From assembly GCF_009834535.1 (NCBI RefSeq), contig NC_045696.1, positions 65,908,001-65,972,000 of the forward strand: a stretch of 64,000 nucleotides of DNA, read 5' to 3'. Each line of letters begins with the position of its first letter. Within the stretch, counting starts at the first letter, position 1. Origin of the DNA: Camelus ferus. Taxonomy: Eukaryota. The notes under the pieces were generated by a model. The model ran no database searches. It saw nothing but the letters and a program-made list of their open reading frames with translations, and was not told where the DNA came from. The translations under genes were made by a program, and so were the position numbers. Shown here piece after piece: positions 28,708 through 39,921 of this stretch.

Positions 28708-29075
28708 CTGTACTGATTTGCTAGAGCTTAAGACTAAATGGTTTAAACAACAGAAATCTATTTTTTTCACAATTCTAAAGGCTGCAAGTCCAAGATCAGG
28801 GCATCAGTGGAGTTATTGGCTTCTCCTGGGACCTTTCTCCTTGACTGGCAAACGGCTGCCTTCTCCCTGTGTCCCCCTGTGGCCATTTCTCTGTGCATAC
28901 CATCCCTGGTGTCTCTGCCTCTTCTTAGGAGGACACTACTCATAAGATTAGAGCACCACCCTTCTGAACTCTTAACCTTCTTTACCTCCTTAGAGGCTCT
29001 ATCTTCAAAAGCAGTCACACCGAAGGTTAGAGATTTAACATATTTAAAATTGGGGGGAATATAGTTCCCATAAAA
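28708..29075. mobile_element. ERVL-MaLR solo LTR (MLT1A/B/C-like)
   Basis: ttaaacaacagaaatctatt...cacaattctaaaggctgcaagtccaagatcagg...ggctgccttctccctgtgtcc...gcagtcacac...ggttagagatttaacatat. Confidence 0.85.
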
Positions 29076-29557
29076 TGCCCATTACTTAAATGGCTATAAT
29101 GTGCAATGGAAAGAAGAGTACTCTTCAAAGAGAGTAGTCAAAAACTGTAATTTTGGTAGATAGTATGGATGCTGGAGCCAGAGGTTCAAATCTCAAGTCT
29201 GCCACTTCCTGACTGTGAATATTGGTCATTTCTTAACTTCAGTGCTTCATTCACCACCTTTTAAAACAGGGGCAATAAGAGTACAGACCTCCTGGGTTAT
29301 TGCCAGTTGAAATCAGAGTTGGCTGCTAGTGGTAGATGAATGGTTTTAAAGATGGTATTGCTCCTTTTTTCCCTCTGGATATAACACCGTAGAAACCATG
29401 AGAATAAAATGCAAGGGGAAAGATGACAGATATAAAACACCTTGAGAAGTTTTAACACACTAAATTTTCTTAATTATGTTGATTTATTCTGTATAATAGT
29501 AGCTGTGAAGATAGGACGCACACAGGACAGACACATGAGATTCTTAAATTTGTAGCT

Positions 29558-29672
29558 TAATTCATTCTTTATTGAACACCCATTCTATGTTAGAAATTGT
29601 TCCAGGCACTTTGGAGACAGCAGTGAACAAAACGGACAGAAACCGCTATTCTCCTGAAGCTTACATTCTAGA
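29558..29672 (-). mobile_element. L2 3' end
   Basis: attcattc...ttattgaacacc...ccaggcactttggagacagcagtgaacaaaac...gaagcttacattctag. Confidence 0.75.
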
Positions 29673-29889
29673 ATGGATGTAGATCACCTCCACACTCAAC
29701 ACCCACTTCAGACGTTGGAGAAAATGAGACATATCCAATAGAAGGCGGCGGGGGGGCCAGTCAATCAGCAACATCACACAGCCAGATGAGATTTATTAAG
29801 TGGCCAGAGAACACACAGGAGGAGTATTAACTCGGGTTGGACGGGCTCCCCAAGTGCTGCTCTGATTCCTGAGAGGCAGATTTGGGCTT

Positions 29890-30300
29890 TTCCGGTCCCA
29901 GCGCCTCGGAGCCGACCTGTGCGCCCCGCCCTGCCCGGCGGCTGCGCGCCTCGCGCCGGCGTGAGCCGGGTGCGCCCCGTCGGGCCGGGATCCGCGGTCA
30001 CTGCGGGACCCGATGCGCGGCGCCCTGGGGACGCGCGGCGAGCCGGCACCGGCGCGGGTTTTGAAGCAGCGCTGCGCACCCGGAGGCGGAGCGTCGCGAG
30101 CCCCGAGCCACCGCCCGGGAACCCGACCCGCTGGTCCTAGGTCCCGGGCGGCGGTCGCCGTGTGTGCCAGTGACTTTGGCTTTGGCTGGGTGTCTCCTAA
30201 CCCACGTCACCAGCTTGACATCCTCGCACCAAATCAGAGGGCGGCGCTCGCCGGGAGCCCCGGGCGTCACCGGGAGCTCCCGCAGATTAGAACTCGCCTC
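29890..30300. promoter_or_regulatory. CpG island / GMNC promoter
   Basis: Abrupt, very GC- and CpG-rich block in an otherwise AT-rich, CpG-depleted window, directly upstream of the GMNC ATG exon. Confidence 0.9.
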
Positions 30301-30322
30301 TCCTAGCTCCTCCCCTCAGTCC

Positions 30323-30373
30323 CATTTAAAGCTCCCACCCGCTTTCCGGGAAAATTAAGAGTGGGCTCAGATT
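30323..30373 (+). promoter_or_regulatory. Candidate core promoter: TATA-like CATTTAAAG, STAT/GAS site TTCCGGGAA (30344-30352), Inr-like CTCAGATT
   Basis: Motif matches 25-75 bp upstream of the ATG; the TSS itself cannot be observed. Confidence 0.45.
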
Positions 30374-30398
30374 CTGCAGCGCCTTCTTCCACTGCAAG

Positions 30399-30401
30399 AT
30401 G
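30399..30401 (+). CDS. GMNC: GMNC coding exon 1 (ATG only)
   Basis: gcaagATG|gtaagt: ATG with A at -3, directly followed by a consensus donor, at the 3' edge of the CpG island; in frame with exon 2. Confidence 0.88.
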
Positions 30402-33400
30402 GTAAGTGGGAGCTGGCGTTAGCTAGTCCGCTGGCGAAACCGAGGGGCTCTGAGAGCTAGTCAGCTTTGCCTTTAGAATTTCTTCTACCTTGGAAACAAA
30501 ATTTCTCTGCTACCTGCCAATTAAAACCGGTCTTCTTTGTGCCCCACCTCCCTTTTCTTCTCCCCTATCTTCTGGCTTTCTCTCTCTCTCTCTTTCTCTA
30601 TCTCCCTCTCATCCTTCTGCCCTCTCTGTAATTTCTACTCCCTGCACTCTCTCCCAGCTTTCCCTTTACACCTGCACTCACAATTTTCATTCCACCTCTT
30701 CCTCTAGATTATGCACATATTTGCAAAAACTTGAACTTGAGTCTAGGGGTATTTGGGGTTTGTTTTCGTCTCAGGTGTCAATTGCATAAGAGCTCAGCTC
30801 TGATTCCAATAATAACCTCAGGGAAAGAGCCTACAAACATGCTTTTAGAATAAAAGAAAATGCACTTGATAAACTTTTGGCTGAGTTTCTCTGGTCTGCA
30901 CTGCCCACGCTGGACTTGCTTCAAGACAGGACTTTTTCAAAACTTAACTTACCGGGAACGTTAACAAAGTGTGACTTAATTGACTTAACATTTTTTCCCT
31001 CTTATTTGTTTTCTGTTTATGTTATGCCCAAGAAAGTTCTCAAGTCAACAAAAGACTTGCTGTGGTCAAAAAGGGTTTGTCCAAAGCTGGGCTCTGCTGA
31101 AATGAATGGCTTTTACCTGATTAAACATTGACAAATAATTAGGAATGGGCTGTTGTACAAATTAACTCAGGGAGGCTGCATACCTGCCCCTAACTGGACA
31201 TTTGGAAAGACTGTGTGTTTGAGGTTTGAGGAGTCAGGGGCAGGAGGGTGTTCACTGGCTCAGAACACAGTAGGGAATGCATGCCAGGCAGTTAGTACTG
31301 GCAAGATAACTTTGGAAGGGCATTGAGACCTGGTGATGGAGAGATCTAGATAGAGCTTGCTGTCTCTGCTAACTGACCTATTTCAGCTCTTTGATTGATT
31401 ATATGTTTAGTTGGAGTGACTTTACACTCCTGTGATTAGAGTTAGGAGCAAAATATATTTAGTTATCTCATATATGTATATGTGTGTGCATATATATGTG
31501 TATGTGTGTATGTATATATATATACCTCAAACTATTCAGATCACCATAGGATCGAACAGCACTGAAAACCAGAGGAAAAGAGGAAGAAGGAAGAGAGGAA
31601 TGGGACAGGTTTATAGCTCAGACACTTAGAAACTAAAATGAGGAGTTTAGATTATATGTCATCTTCTGTTCGTTTCAGCCTTAGCATCCTGCGTTCTTTG
31701 TCTTTCAAGGTTATTCGAAATATAATTAAGACATTTGCTAGAAAGAGTCAAATCGTTCTTACGTGTTTCATTCATTAAGTAGAATTCCTTTTACTTAGAT
31801 CTTGGGTAGCCTGTTAGATGACTCAGACATGGCAACAGAGAATACTCCTGGATAGTTACAAATGTGGCCCAGCTAATACTAGCCTTTTCTTTGCTGAGTG
31901 GACCTAAGGGAAGTACTGGGTAAACCAAGGACCTGATTCTCTTTCAGTAATTATGTTTGGACCACTCAACATTAATCTGGGATCTATACTTAACACCTTT
32001 ATTGTTTTTATATATTTTCTGCTTCTTTCTCCCACTCTTTTTCCCCTCCAAATCCCCATCACCCCATCTCTTGGGACCCCCCCATCCTGCATACTGAATT
32101 TCACAGAACACCGTTCTGCCTTGCCAAGACCAGTACTTTGTAGGAGGCCAGAGCTATAATTGCCCGTATTCCGCTACAACGTCAGAATCTAGTGTTGACG
32201 TTTCCACGGAGACTTGGGTCTCTTTCTGGGCTGCTGGTCTCCTGGACAACAGAGAGCCCCAACAAGCACCACAGGCACAGGGTAAGTTCTGCTCTTCTGC
32301 TTTTCTGGTGGATCTGAAGCCCTTTTCCAGTACTCATAGTCGCAAAGCATCATGGGCTGAAACTCTGTAGAAGAAGGTATGATAAGAAAGCCCCAAACTC
32401 CTGTATGTTGTATCCTAAATAACCTGCTTTTTTGTAATTGCCAAATAGTGACCATAGGATTCTTCCCCTTAACCACTGGACAATATGTATTTCTTCCTCT
32501 ACTTTATAGTTCTTGGAGATTTCCAACTCACTGAGAAAGTTTGGGTCTGGGTCAAAGTTTTATAAACAATGCTAGTGGGATGCTTTTGGAATCAAGATAC
32601 CAGTTGGAGCTTTTCTTTTGGAATTTAGGGAAGTTTCCCTGGGTATGAGAGAAAGAAGCAAAGAGAAATACTAACTTAATCTTTTATTTCATAAAGGAAA
32701 TTCTATGAATAATTTCTTATAAGTGGGAAAAATGATTTCGTTTTTGCCTAAAGAAGACTTCAGCAACTTTGGAGGGAAGTGTAACTTTGATGGGAAATTA
32801 CACATTAATTTTGCCCTGGGGCTTAGTAAACAGGGTTTATAAACAGTAAAGGAGTTTTTGTCTTATCACTCAAGTTTCTAGAAAAACTCTAAGACATTTC
32901 AGAATTCAGTATCTGTGCTGTCAGTTCTGCAATATGATTTTATTGAATTGAAGAAAAGACAAAAACAAAAAGCCCCCAAATATTGAAACACACTTACATG
33001 TCACGAAGGAAGTTGTTCAATTGTAGCTTCCTACCACAAGCAACAGAACAAGCAGAATACCCAAAATTATAAAGCCAAGGAGTATATAAAATTGTATTCC
33101 TGTTTTCCTTGCCCATCATTCCACTTTAATCAAAAATATGTCAGTCATATTTCAGTTTAGGTAGAGGAGGGCAAGCATCAGAACTGTACTAGATGAAGAA
33201 AGGAAAGATTAGAAAATGAGATAGAAACCTGAAAAACATAGTGGAATTGCAATGTAAGCCCAGTTGGGGGCAGGGCCAGTAAACAATTGCTTGACTAATA
33301 ATGTACATGGGACAGGGACAGTCTTTATAAATTTAGCAAGCAGGAATACATATATTAGGAAGGAACATGACCTCTTGACTTCTAAAAATTCACCTCTATA

Positions 33401-36400
33401 GCCACTTTGGCATATAGTCTATAAATATTTGTCTTTCGTAGCATGCTTGCCCCTTCTGAAAGCTTTAAATATGTTATTTTCCCATGTGGAGGCAATGGCT
33501 AATTTTAGAAAGGTAATTGAACTGATTACCTTTCTGAAATTCTTCACTGAGTTTTTTATTACACAGACACTGCACATTTGTTTTCTCAGTTATCCATTTG
33601 GTGTTTTCACATAGAATCATCCAGTGACTCGAATTTCCCTGTTCCTAATTCATGTTCATGGGAAGAGGCTCAGCTTTCCTCTCAGCTCTACAGAAACAAG
33701 CAGGTATGTGTAGATAATCAGAACATGGAGACCAACCATGTGCCAGGCAGTTCATTCTCAACATCATCCCTGAGTGTTACATCGCTTCTTTCCCCGTGTT
33801 CAATGCATTAACTTTCAGTTGAGAACCAAAGAGGATATTTGTCCACAGAGAAATCAAAGTTAGGTCATCAATGTGACAGCAAATAACAGCAACCAAGCCA
33901 GCAACAACCAAAACCCCTGAGGAAGACCTGCAATCAAGCCCTGACCTTACACACGTTAGTGGTATGACCTCTTAAATCCTCCTTTTCCTCATCTAAGAGA
34001 TGGAGATATTTGTGCTGCCCACCTCAGAGGGTTGGTGAAAAGATCAAATGATATAATGAGTGTGACAGTATTTTTCAACTATAAGCAGCTCATCACTTGG
34101 AAAAGGGATGGTGATTATAAAAGTTCTTGCAGAGGTTGCTTCATTTTCCAGATTTTGTTTGTTGTTACTTCCAAGAGAGTGATTTAATCCAGTGGACGTA
34201 CAAACAGATTGATCGGTGGCTAAGGGAGGCCAACCCACATCTTTTTGTCTCTCTCTCTCTCTCTTTTTTTTTTAACATGCAAGGAAGGGGTTCAACGAAA
34301 CCTGTCTAAACACTGTGTTCTATATTTAAACAGTTGCACGCAGCTCATTTTCCTACATACCTTCCCAATTCCCTTGTGGTTACAATTTTAAAAGTCATAT
34401 AATATCTGCAAATACTTTACAATGAATAAAACTGAACAATCAGGTGGTAGGTGGGTGTAGATTGAACTTAGGCCTCTGAGGACCAGGGCTACCTGAGATT
34501 GAGTTCATAAAACAAACAGAATAATAATCAAGTTTAAGCATTTATGGATCAGTGGCATTATTATAAGGTTACAGAGTCAACATAGTGGAGCAGCCTTCAC
34601 CATTGTTTGCTTTTTGCAGCTCCAAGATACTCTGGTGCAGAAAGAAGAAGAACTTGCTAGGTTACACGAAGAGAATAATCATCTCAGACAATACCTGAAT
34701 TCTGCTTTAGTTAAATGTCTTGAGGAAAAGGCCAAGGTATGTGACTATCCCCTTTACAAGGACAGAGCAGTGATTTGCAAAAGAAGGCCATTTGGGTAAA
34801 ACTCCTTGATTAAGTGTAAGAGGTGTATTAAACAATGTGTCTTGAAATGCATGAATAGGCGGGTGAATTTTTTTGAAGGAAATTTAGCACTTTCACGAGA
34901 ATTTCTATGTATCATTTCTCTGAAGTATCTAGATGGTAGATTTCAGCCATATATTACAAAAGAAGTTGCTTAAGAATCAAATACCAATCAAGGCGATTGC
35001 TGAGACAACAGAGGTTAATCAAAAGGTAGAGTTAGACGGATGGAACCTTGATGTGAGAATTAGATCTGAGACACGCTGGGTTCTTCTAATTACCTGTTTG
35101 ACTTTGGGTAAGTCACTCTTTCACTTGAGGCCTCAGTTACTTCATTTGTAAATGAATGAGCTAAAAGATCTTTTTAGAATCTTTCGAGCTCTGAAATGTT
35201 ATCAATATGGCTGAAGCCCAGATCTCTTGACTAGCAATTAGATCTAGCCAAATATTTATCTTTTAATGAACTTTTTTTTCTTACTCTTTTAAAATGAACT
35301 GTTCCTAACTCAAGGATAAATACTGGGAGTTTGAGATTTGTAGATACTGACTAATATATATAAAATAGATAAATAAGTTTGTACTGTGTAGCACAGGGAA
35401 CTATATTCAATATCTTGTAGTAGCTTATGGTGAAAAAGAATATGAAAATGAGTGTATGTATATTCATGTATGACTGAAACATTTTGCCATACACCAGAAA
35501 TTGACACATTATAAACCGACTATATCTCAATTAAAAAAAAAAAAAAGGATAAATACCTTGCCCACAGTCTTTGTTTTTTTTTTTCTTTTTGGTTCTTCCT
35601 CTCTTTGGGTTTTATATTTTGTTGTCTGTTTGCTATTCTATTATCATTATTGTTTCTATTATCAGTATTTACCTTACTTCTAGGCAGGCTGCTCATTTAT
35701 CTAAATCAATCATGTTTCCTACGGCTTTTACCATATATAACAATTCCTTCAGAATTCAGTCAGCTTTGTTTAAAAAAGGAGCACATCTTATAATCATTAG
35801 CCTGGGTTCCTATCTCCAGCCACCATTCTATAAAAAAAAAGAAAAAAGACAGTTATTAAATTAGTAAGTGATATTAATTAGGCAAATTTGTCTCTCGTTC
35901 TCAATTTTGCAAGCTTTAGAATGATATGATACATATAACATGGGAATGCTAAGATAGTTAATAAAATTAGAGGAAGTGATGATACATGGCATTTCAATTA
36001 GTGGTTCTATCTGGATTCAGATGGCTTAGTTTTAAACCTAGGCTGCGTGATCCTTAGCAAGTTGCTAATATGCCTGTGCCTCAGTTTCCTCATTAAACTG
36101 GATTTTAATAGTATCTACATAAAATGAGATAGTGCATTCAACCAGTCCTCAATAAATGATAGTTGCTATTATTGCCATTATAATGATCATCATCATTACT
36201 TCCCTGAATTGAAATTTTATAGACATCTTTTAATCCTTTCAGCTTTTACATGACTAGCAAACTAATATGAATTGGAATTTCTAGGTGATAACTTGTCATC
36301 ATAGATTTTAATTTAGAAACAAGTTAATCCAGTCGCTTTTGCATCTTTGTGGAAAAAAATAGAAATTTAATCAAATTGCCTGAGGAATGAAGGTGATTAG

Positions 36401-37097
36401 TCACTATCTGACAACAGTGAAGAAAATGATGTAGGTTGATTATCTGACTGTGTATTTTCAAATATTACCTCTCCAGAAATTGCTGTCATCAGAGGAGTTC
36501 TCCAGAGCACGTGGAAACTTCAGAAAGGGGAAGAGGAAACCCAGGGAGCAAAGATATTTTCCTCCTGAGATTCCCCATCATAAAAATGCCAAGAGAAACC
36601 TCTCTAGTGAATTTGCTAACTGTGAAGAACAGCCGGGGCCCCCTGTGGATCCCTGGGTTCTTCGAACTCTGGGGTTAAAAGATCTCAACACCATTGATGA
36701 CACCTCATCAGCTAACTACAGTGCCCTCTCGTCCCATCCAGCACGGACCACCAGTGCGTTCCCCCAGTTTCTGGATGATGCGGTTGGTTATCACAATGCC
36801 CCCGGGCAAGATCTGCCCATTGACTGTGGAGGTGACAGAACGGCCCCTTCACACAGCACTTCCAGCCACGGGGGAGAGTTTCACTTCCCTTCTCAGCTTT
36901 CCAGTCCCCCAGGAGGGCTGCAGACTCCTCCTTACTATGCTTCTGATGTGTTGCGCAATAAGACGGAGGTGGCCTTTTCCACATCCCTGAGCCCTCACTG
37001 TAATGTGAAAACTCACTCCTTCCACCAGGGACAAGCCTTTGTTCGTCGAGATGAAGAGGGAGGCTGGAAGTTTACCTGGGTCCCTAAGCAGTCTTAA
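30399..37097 (+). CDS. GMNC: GMNC / GEMC1 (geminin coiled-coil domain-containing protein 1), spliced CDS join(30399..30401,32107..32281,33615..33703,34620..34736,36477..37097), 334 aa
   Basis: Exons of 3+175+89+117+621 = 1005 nt join in frame at GT-AG introns. They give MNTVLPCQDQYFVGGQSYNCPYS...LYRNKQLQDTLVQKEEELARLHEENNHLRQYLNS...KTHSFHQGQAFVRRDEEGGWKFTWVPKQS*, recognisable as GEMC1 (geminin-type coiled coil plus C-terminal TIRT domain). Confidence 0.97.
32107..32281 (+). CDS. GMNC: GMNC coding exon 2 (NTVLPCQDQYFVGG...EPQQAPQAQ)
   Basis: Acceptor tttcacag|AAC and donor CAGG|gtaagt; open frame matching the GEMC1 N-terminus; phase-1 end. Confidence 0.95.
33615..33703 (+). CDS. GMNC: GMNC coding exon 3 (ESSSDSNFPVPNSCSWEEAQLSSQLYRNKQ)
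   Basis: Acceptor ttttcacatag|AA and donor CAG|gtatgt; its 89 nt restore the frame after exon 2. Confidence 0.95.
33940..34085 (+). mobile_element. MIR SINE (intron 3)
   Basis: ttttcctcatctaagagatggagata...cacctcagagggttggtgaaaagatcaaatga. Confidence 0.65.
34620..34736 (+). CDS. GMNC: GMNC coding exon 4, geminin-like coiled coil (LQDTLVQKEEELARLHEENNHLRQYLNSALVKCLEEKAK)
   Basis: Acceptor tttttgcag|CTC and donor AAG|gtatgt; heptad-patterned peptide typical of the geminin family. Confidence 0.97.
35324..35546 (+). mobile_element. 5'-truncated, relatively young L1 3' end in GMNC intron 4, with poly(A) and 12-bp TSD
   Basis: tgggagtttgagatttgtagatact...agcacagggaactatattcaatatcttg...ctcaatt(A)n, flanked by aaggataaatac at 35312-35323 and 35545-35556. 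Confidence 0.9.
36020..36170 (+). mobile_element. MIR SINE (intron 4)
   Basis: gctgcgtgatccttagcaagtt...ctgtgcctcagtttcctcat...ctcaataaatg. Confidence 0.7.
36477..37097 (+). CDS. GMNC: GMNC last coding exon (basic RKGKRK patch, KRNL cyclin-docking RxL motif, C-terminal TIRT E2F4/5-DP1-binding region)
   Basis: Acceptor ctctccag|AAA; 206 codons to TAA at 37095-37097; longest ORF in the window. Confidence 0.97.
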   Translation, partial: KLLSSEEFSRARGNFRKGKRKPREQRYFPPEIPHHKNAKRNLSSEFANCEEQPGPPVDPWVLRTLGLKDLNTIDDTSSANYSALSSHPARTTSAFPQFLDDAVGYHNAPGQDLPIDCGGDRTAPSHSTSSHGGEFHFPSQLSSPPGGLQTPPYYASDVLRNKTEVAFSTSLSPHCNVKTHSFHQGQAFVRRDEEGGWKFTWVPKQS

Positions 37098-37974
37098 TGA
37101 CCCCTCTTCTATCACAAAGGACTGCCATGAACTCTGTTTACAAAGACCTCTCTTGCACTTGAACCCGACTCTGTGGAAAATGCAAGCTCTTGCCCAGACT
37201 GTCTCCTGCCACTTGAAATGTCACTCTCAATTACCCACTTCCATCTGCAGGGAATGGCTTCCAAGAATCCATAATGAAACATGCCTGCTCTTCTTTCACC
37301 TAAATTTGACTTGTTTACACACCCACACCTGCTGTTGACGTCCTCCCTCTGCCCTATACTTGAAAAGGTATTTTTCCAATTGCCTGAATATTCCTCTGAG
37401 AGTTACATATGCTGTTCCAATTATAACACACCTAACAGCTTTTCTCTTCTCATCAAGCCGTTTAAATGTTCACAGCCGTCACCTTTTCACTTTTATTCCT
37501 CTCCTGCTCCTCTTCATTTCTAAAAACTGCCTTTGAAATGAGCGTTATAATTGCTCCAAGTACCTGTTATTGAGTGTTCAAATAACCGAGGGTGGGGTGG
37601 AAGCAAGTGTCTCTGCCCAGTCCCATTCCTGAAGACACAGTGCAGTTGTGAGTAATGCTTTGTGTAGGGCAGTTCGGTAAATTGAGTGTCCCATGGTGGA
37701 GTTGACAAAAAAATCTCTTCAAGCAGCTGTAACTCTACTGATAAGCAACACCACTGATAAATTGAAAGATAGAAGAGAATTAAAATTACTCCAAAATGCC
37801 TGCATAGTATATTAGCTTCTCTAGGCACTTGGCATTGTGTCGGCAACCAACATGGATCTAACAAAAACATTTCTGAGATGCTTGTGGTAACAGGATAAGT
37901 CACGATCCAAAACTACTTAGATGCTGATAACCTTCTACTCCTCCAAGTATAATCTAGCCTAGCTCTGACACTGT

Positions 37975-38112
37975 CTCATTCATTCAGTCAATCATGTCTT
38001 CATTTATCAACCCACCCAAAATATTTGTAGAACATCAGTGGTGTACCAGGCATTGTGCTATGGGCTGGTAATAAAAAGTGAACAAGTCAGACACTGTGGC
38101 CACACTCATGGG
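37975..38112 (-). mobile_element. L2 3' end within the probable 3' UTR
   Basis: cattcattcagtc...gtaccaggcattgtgctatgggctgg...gtgaacaagtcagac...ctcatgg. Confidence 0.6.
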
Positions 38113-39921
38113 AGACCCACTCATCTGCCTTGACCTTGAGAAAGCTGGTGTGAAGTTTCAGTTTTCCCAGCTGCAGAGTACAGATGGTGGACTAGGTAAT
38201 CACTAACAGTCTATAAATTGAGACAGGGCCCCAACAGCTTTGCTCCAATGCTGCCACCCCAGGTCACTGTTCTCTACTTTTTGATTGGCATTGCAGATAT
38301 GTTGGGTGAAATTTATGTACAGTTTTTGAAACGTGTGAGCCATGTATAGTTAACACTAGAAACCATTACTCTGATCACAGTATTCTTTTTCTGGTATGAG
38401 CCTATTTTGTGGGTTAATTCAGTCTTCGTGAGAACATGCACCTAAAAAATAGAGACCTTAATTTTTAAATAAGAGTGCATAGATTTAATGGAAATATTGA
38501 TGTCAAAGATTTCTGTTCCTAAATTTTTTAAAGAAGTATTCTTTTTGCTCATTCTAATTCTCCCTCTTTCCAATTCCCCAAGCTCTCTAACCTTCCCAGA
38601 ATAATTTACATATCAAAGATGTGCACATGTTTTTTATTTTTTTGGACCAAACTTCAGTTGATAAATCCACTGTGTTGAACCCCTTCCCCATTTTTCTGTT
38701 TTTCACCTTTCAGTAAGTCATCTTGTACAATCAATGCCTCAGAGCATGAGTGTGCTATTTGGAATTCTTTGTAACTAAGACATGTCTTTTGTTGCTGTTT
38801 GGTGTTTGCTTTCTTCTGGTGATGTGAGTAAATAATCTATTCCATAAAGTTTTGTTATCACTCAGATTTCTTTGTAATCCATGAAGGGCAATTAAATATG
38901 TTAATTATCTTCATGTCTTAGAAAGAGCTAGAACACTTTCTATTTTCTAAAAACAAAATTTTTAAAAAGTGTCTGTATTCTAGTATCTGTTCCCCTGGTA
39001 GAGGCGAAATGTATCTCTCTTTAATAACACATTTAAAAACTAAAACTGACTATACTTTAATATTAAGAATCAAAAAAGCAACATAAATATTTTGAAAGCC
39101 TAAATGATCATGCTGTAACACAAAATTGATTAGTCAACAAATAATTATTTTGCATTTTTATGTGCTTCACTGGGGGTTAGGTACTATGAGGAAATACCTG
39201 GGCTTAACAGAATGCATTTGATACATAAAACAAAGCCACATTAAATGTAATAGCTTTTAAATGAAACCTGGTCTCAGCCTGGTTTAAAGAAATTACAGCA
39301 TATTTGTGGTAAATTATGATAACATGCTCTGGCCTATATGGGAGAAAACTACACCAGATTATCACAATCTCATCTAACAGGAATTCGATGTTCTCTTGAA
39401 TTATGTATAGAAAATTATTTTGTTGATGTTTGAAAAATTAGAACTTTCTCTCACCTGAGTATATGTTCTAACTTTTATGGTTTTACTATGTCTCTCTAGT
39501 AAACCACAGTTAATATTTTACTAATATAAAGTGAAAAATAAAAGTTAAACAGCTCTTTTGTGATTTCAATGAATATTTTTATATTGTGCATAACATTTTC
39601 CAAGAATGGATTTTCCTCTCCTAGGTTTTAACCGTAATCTTTTGATTTGCACCTCTTTTGTATGATATATATGGCCAGACGAATATTTTCAGCATTTAGG
39701 ACTCAATGGTTCTTTCCTTTACCCAGGATATATTAACGAGGCTTTCAGATGTTAAGTGGCCTGAGAGGTCAAGTGTTTTGCGTAAACAGCACTCTCTTAC
39801 CTAACCTCCCATAAAAATTAAAACTCAGTATCAATTTTTAAAACTTGATGACATTTCCAATGTCCTCTGATCATTTGAAAATGAATCATACTTGTGTCTC
39901 ACTAGTATCTGGAATACATAT

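Noticed and set aside
29774..30358. Cluster of overlapping 60-101-aa ORFs on both strands
   Set aside because: Arg/Pro/Gly/Ala-rich by-products of the stop-poor CpG island; no recognisable domain.
36450..36476. ORF-track start (MYFQILPLQ) for the 215-aa ORF
   Set aside because: Intronic polypyrimidine/acceptor sequence with a GTG start; the true exon begins at 36477.
36694..37115. Alternative-frame and antisense ORFs overlapping the last GMNC exon
   Set aside because: Expected shadows of a GC-richer coding exon; no independent support.
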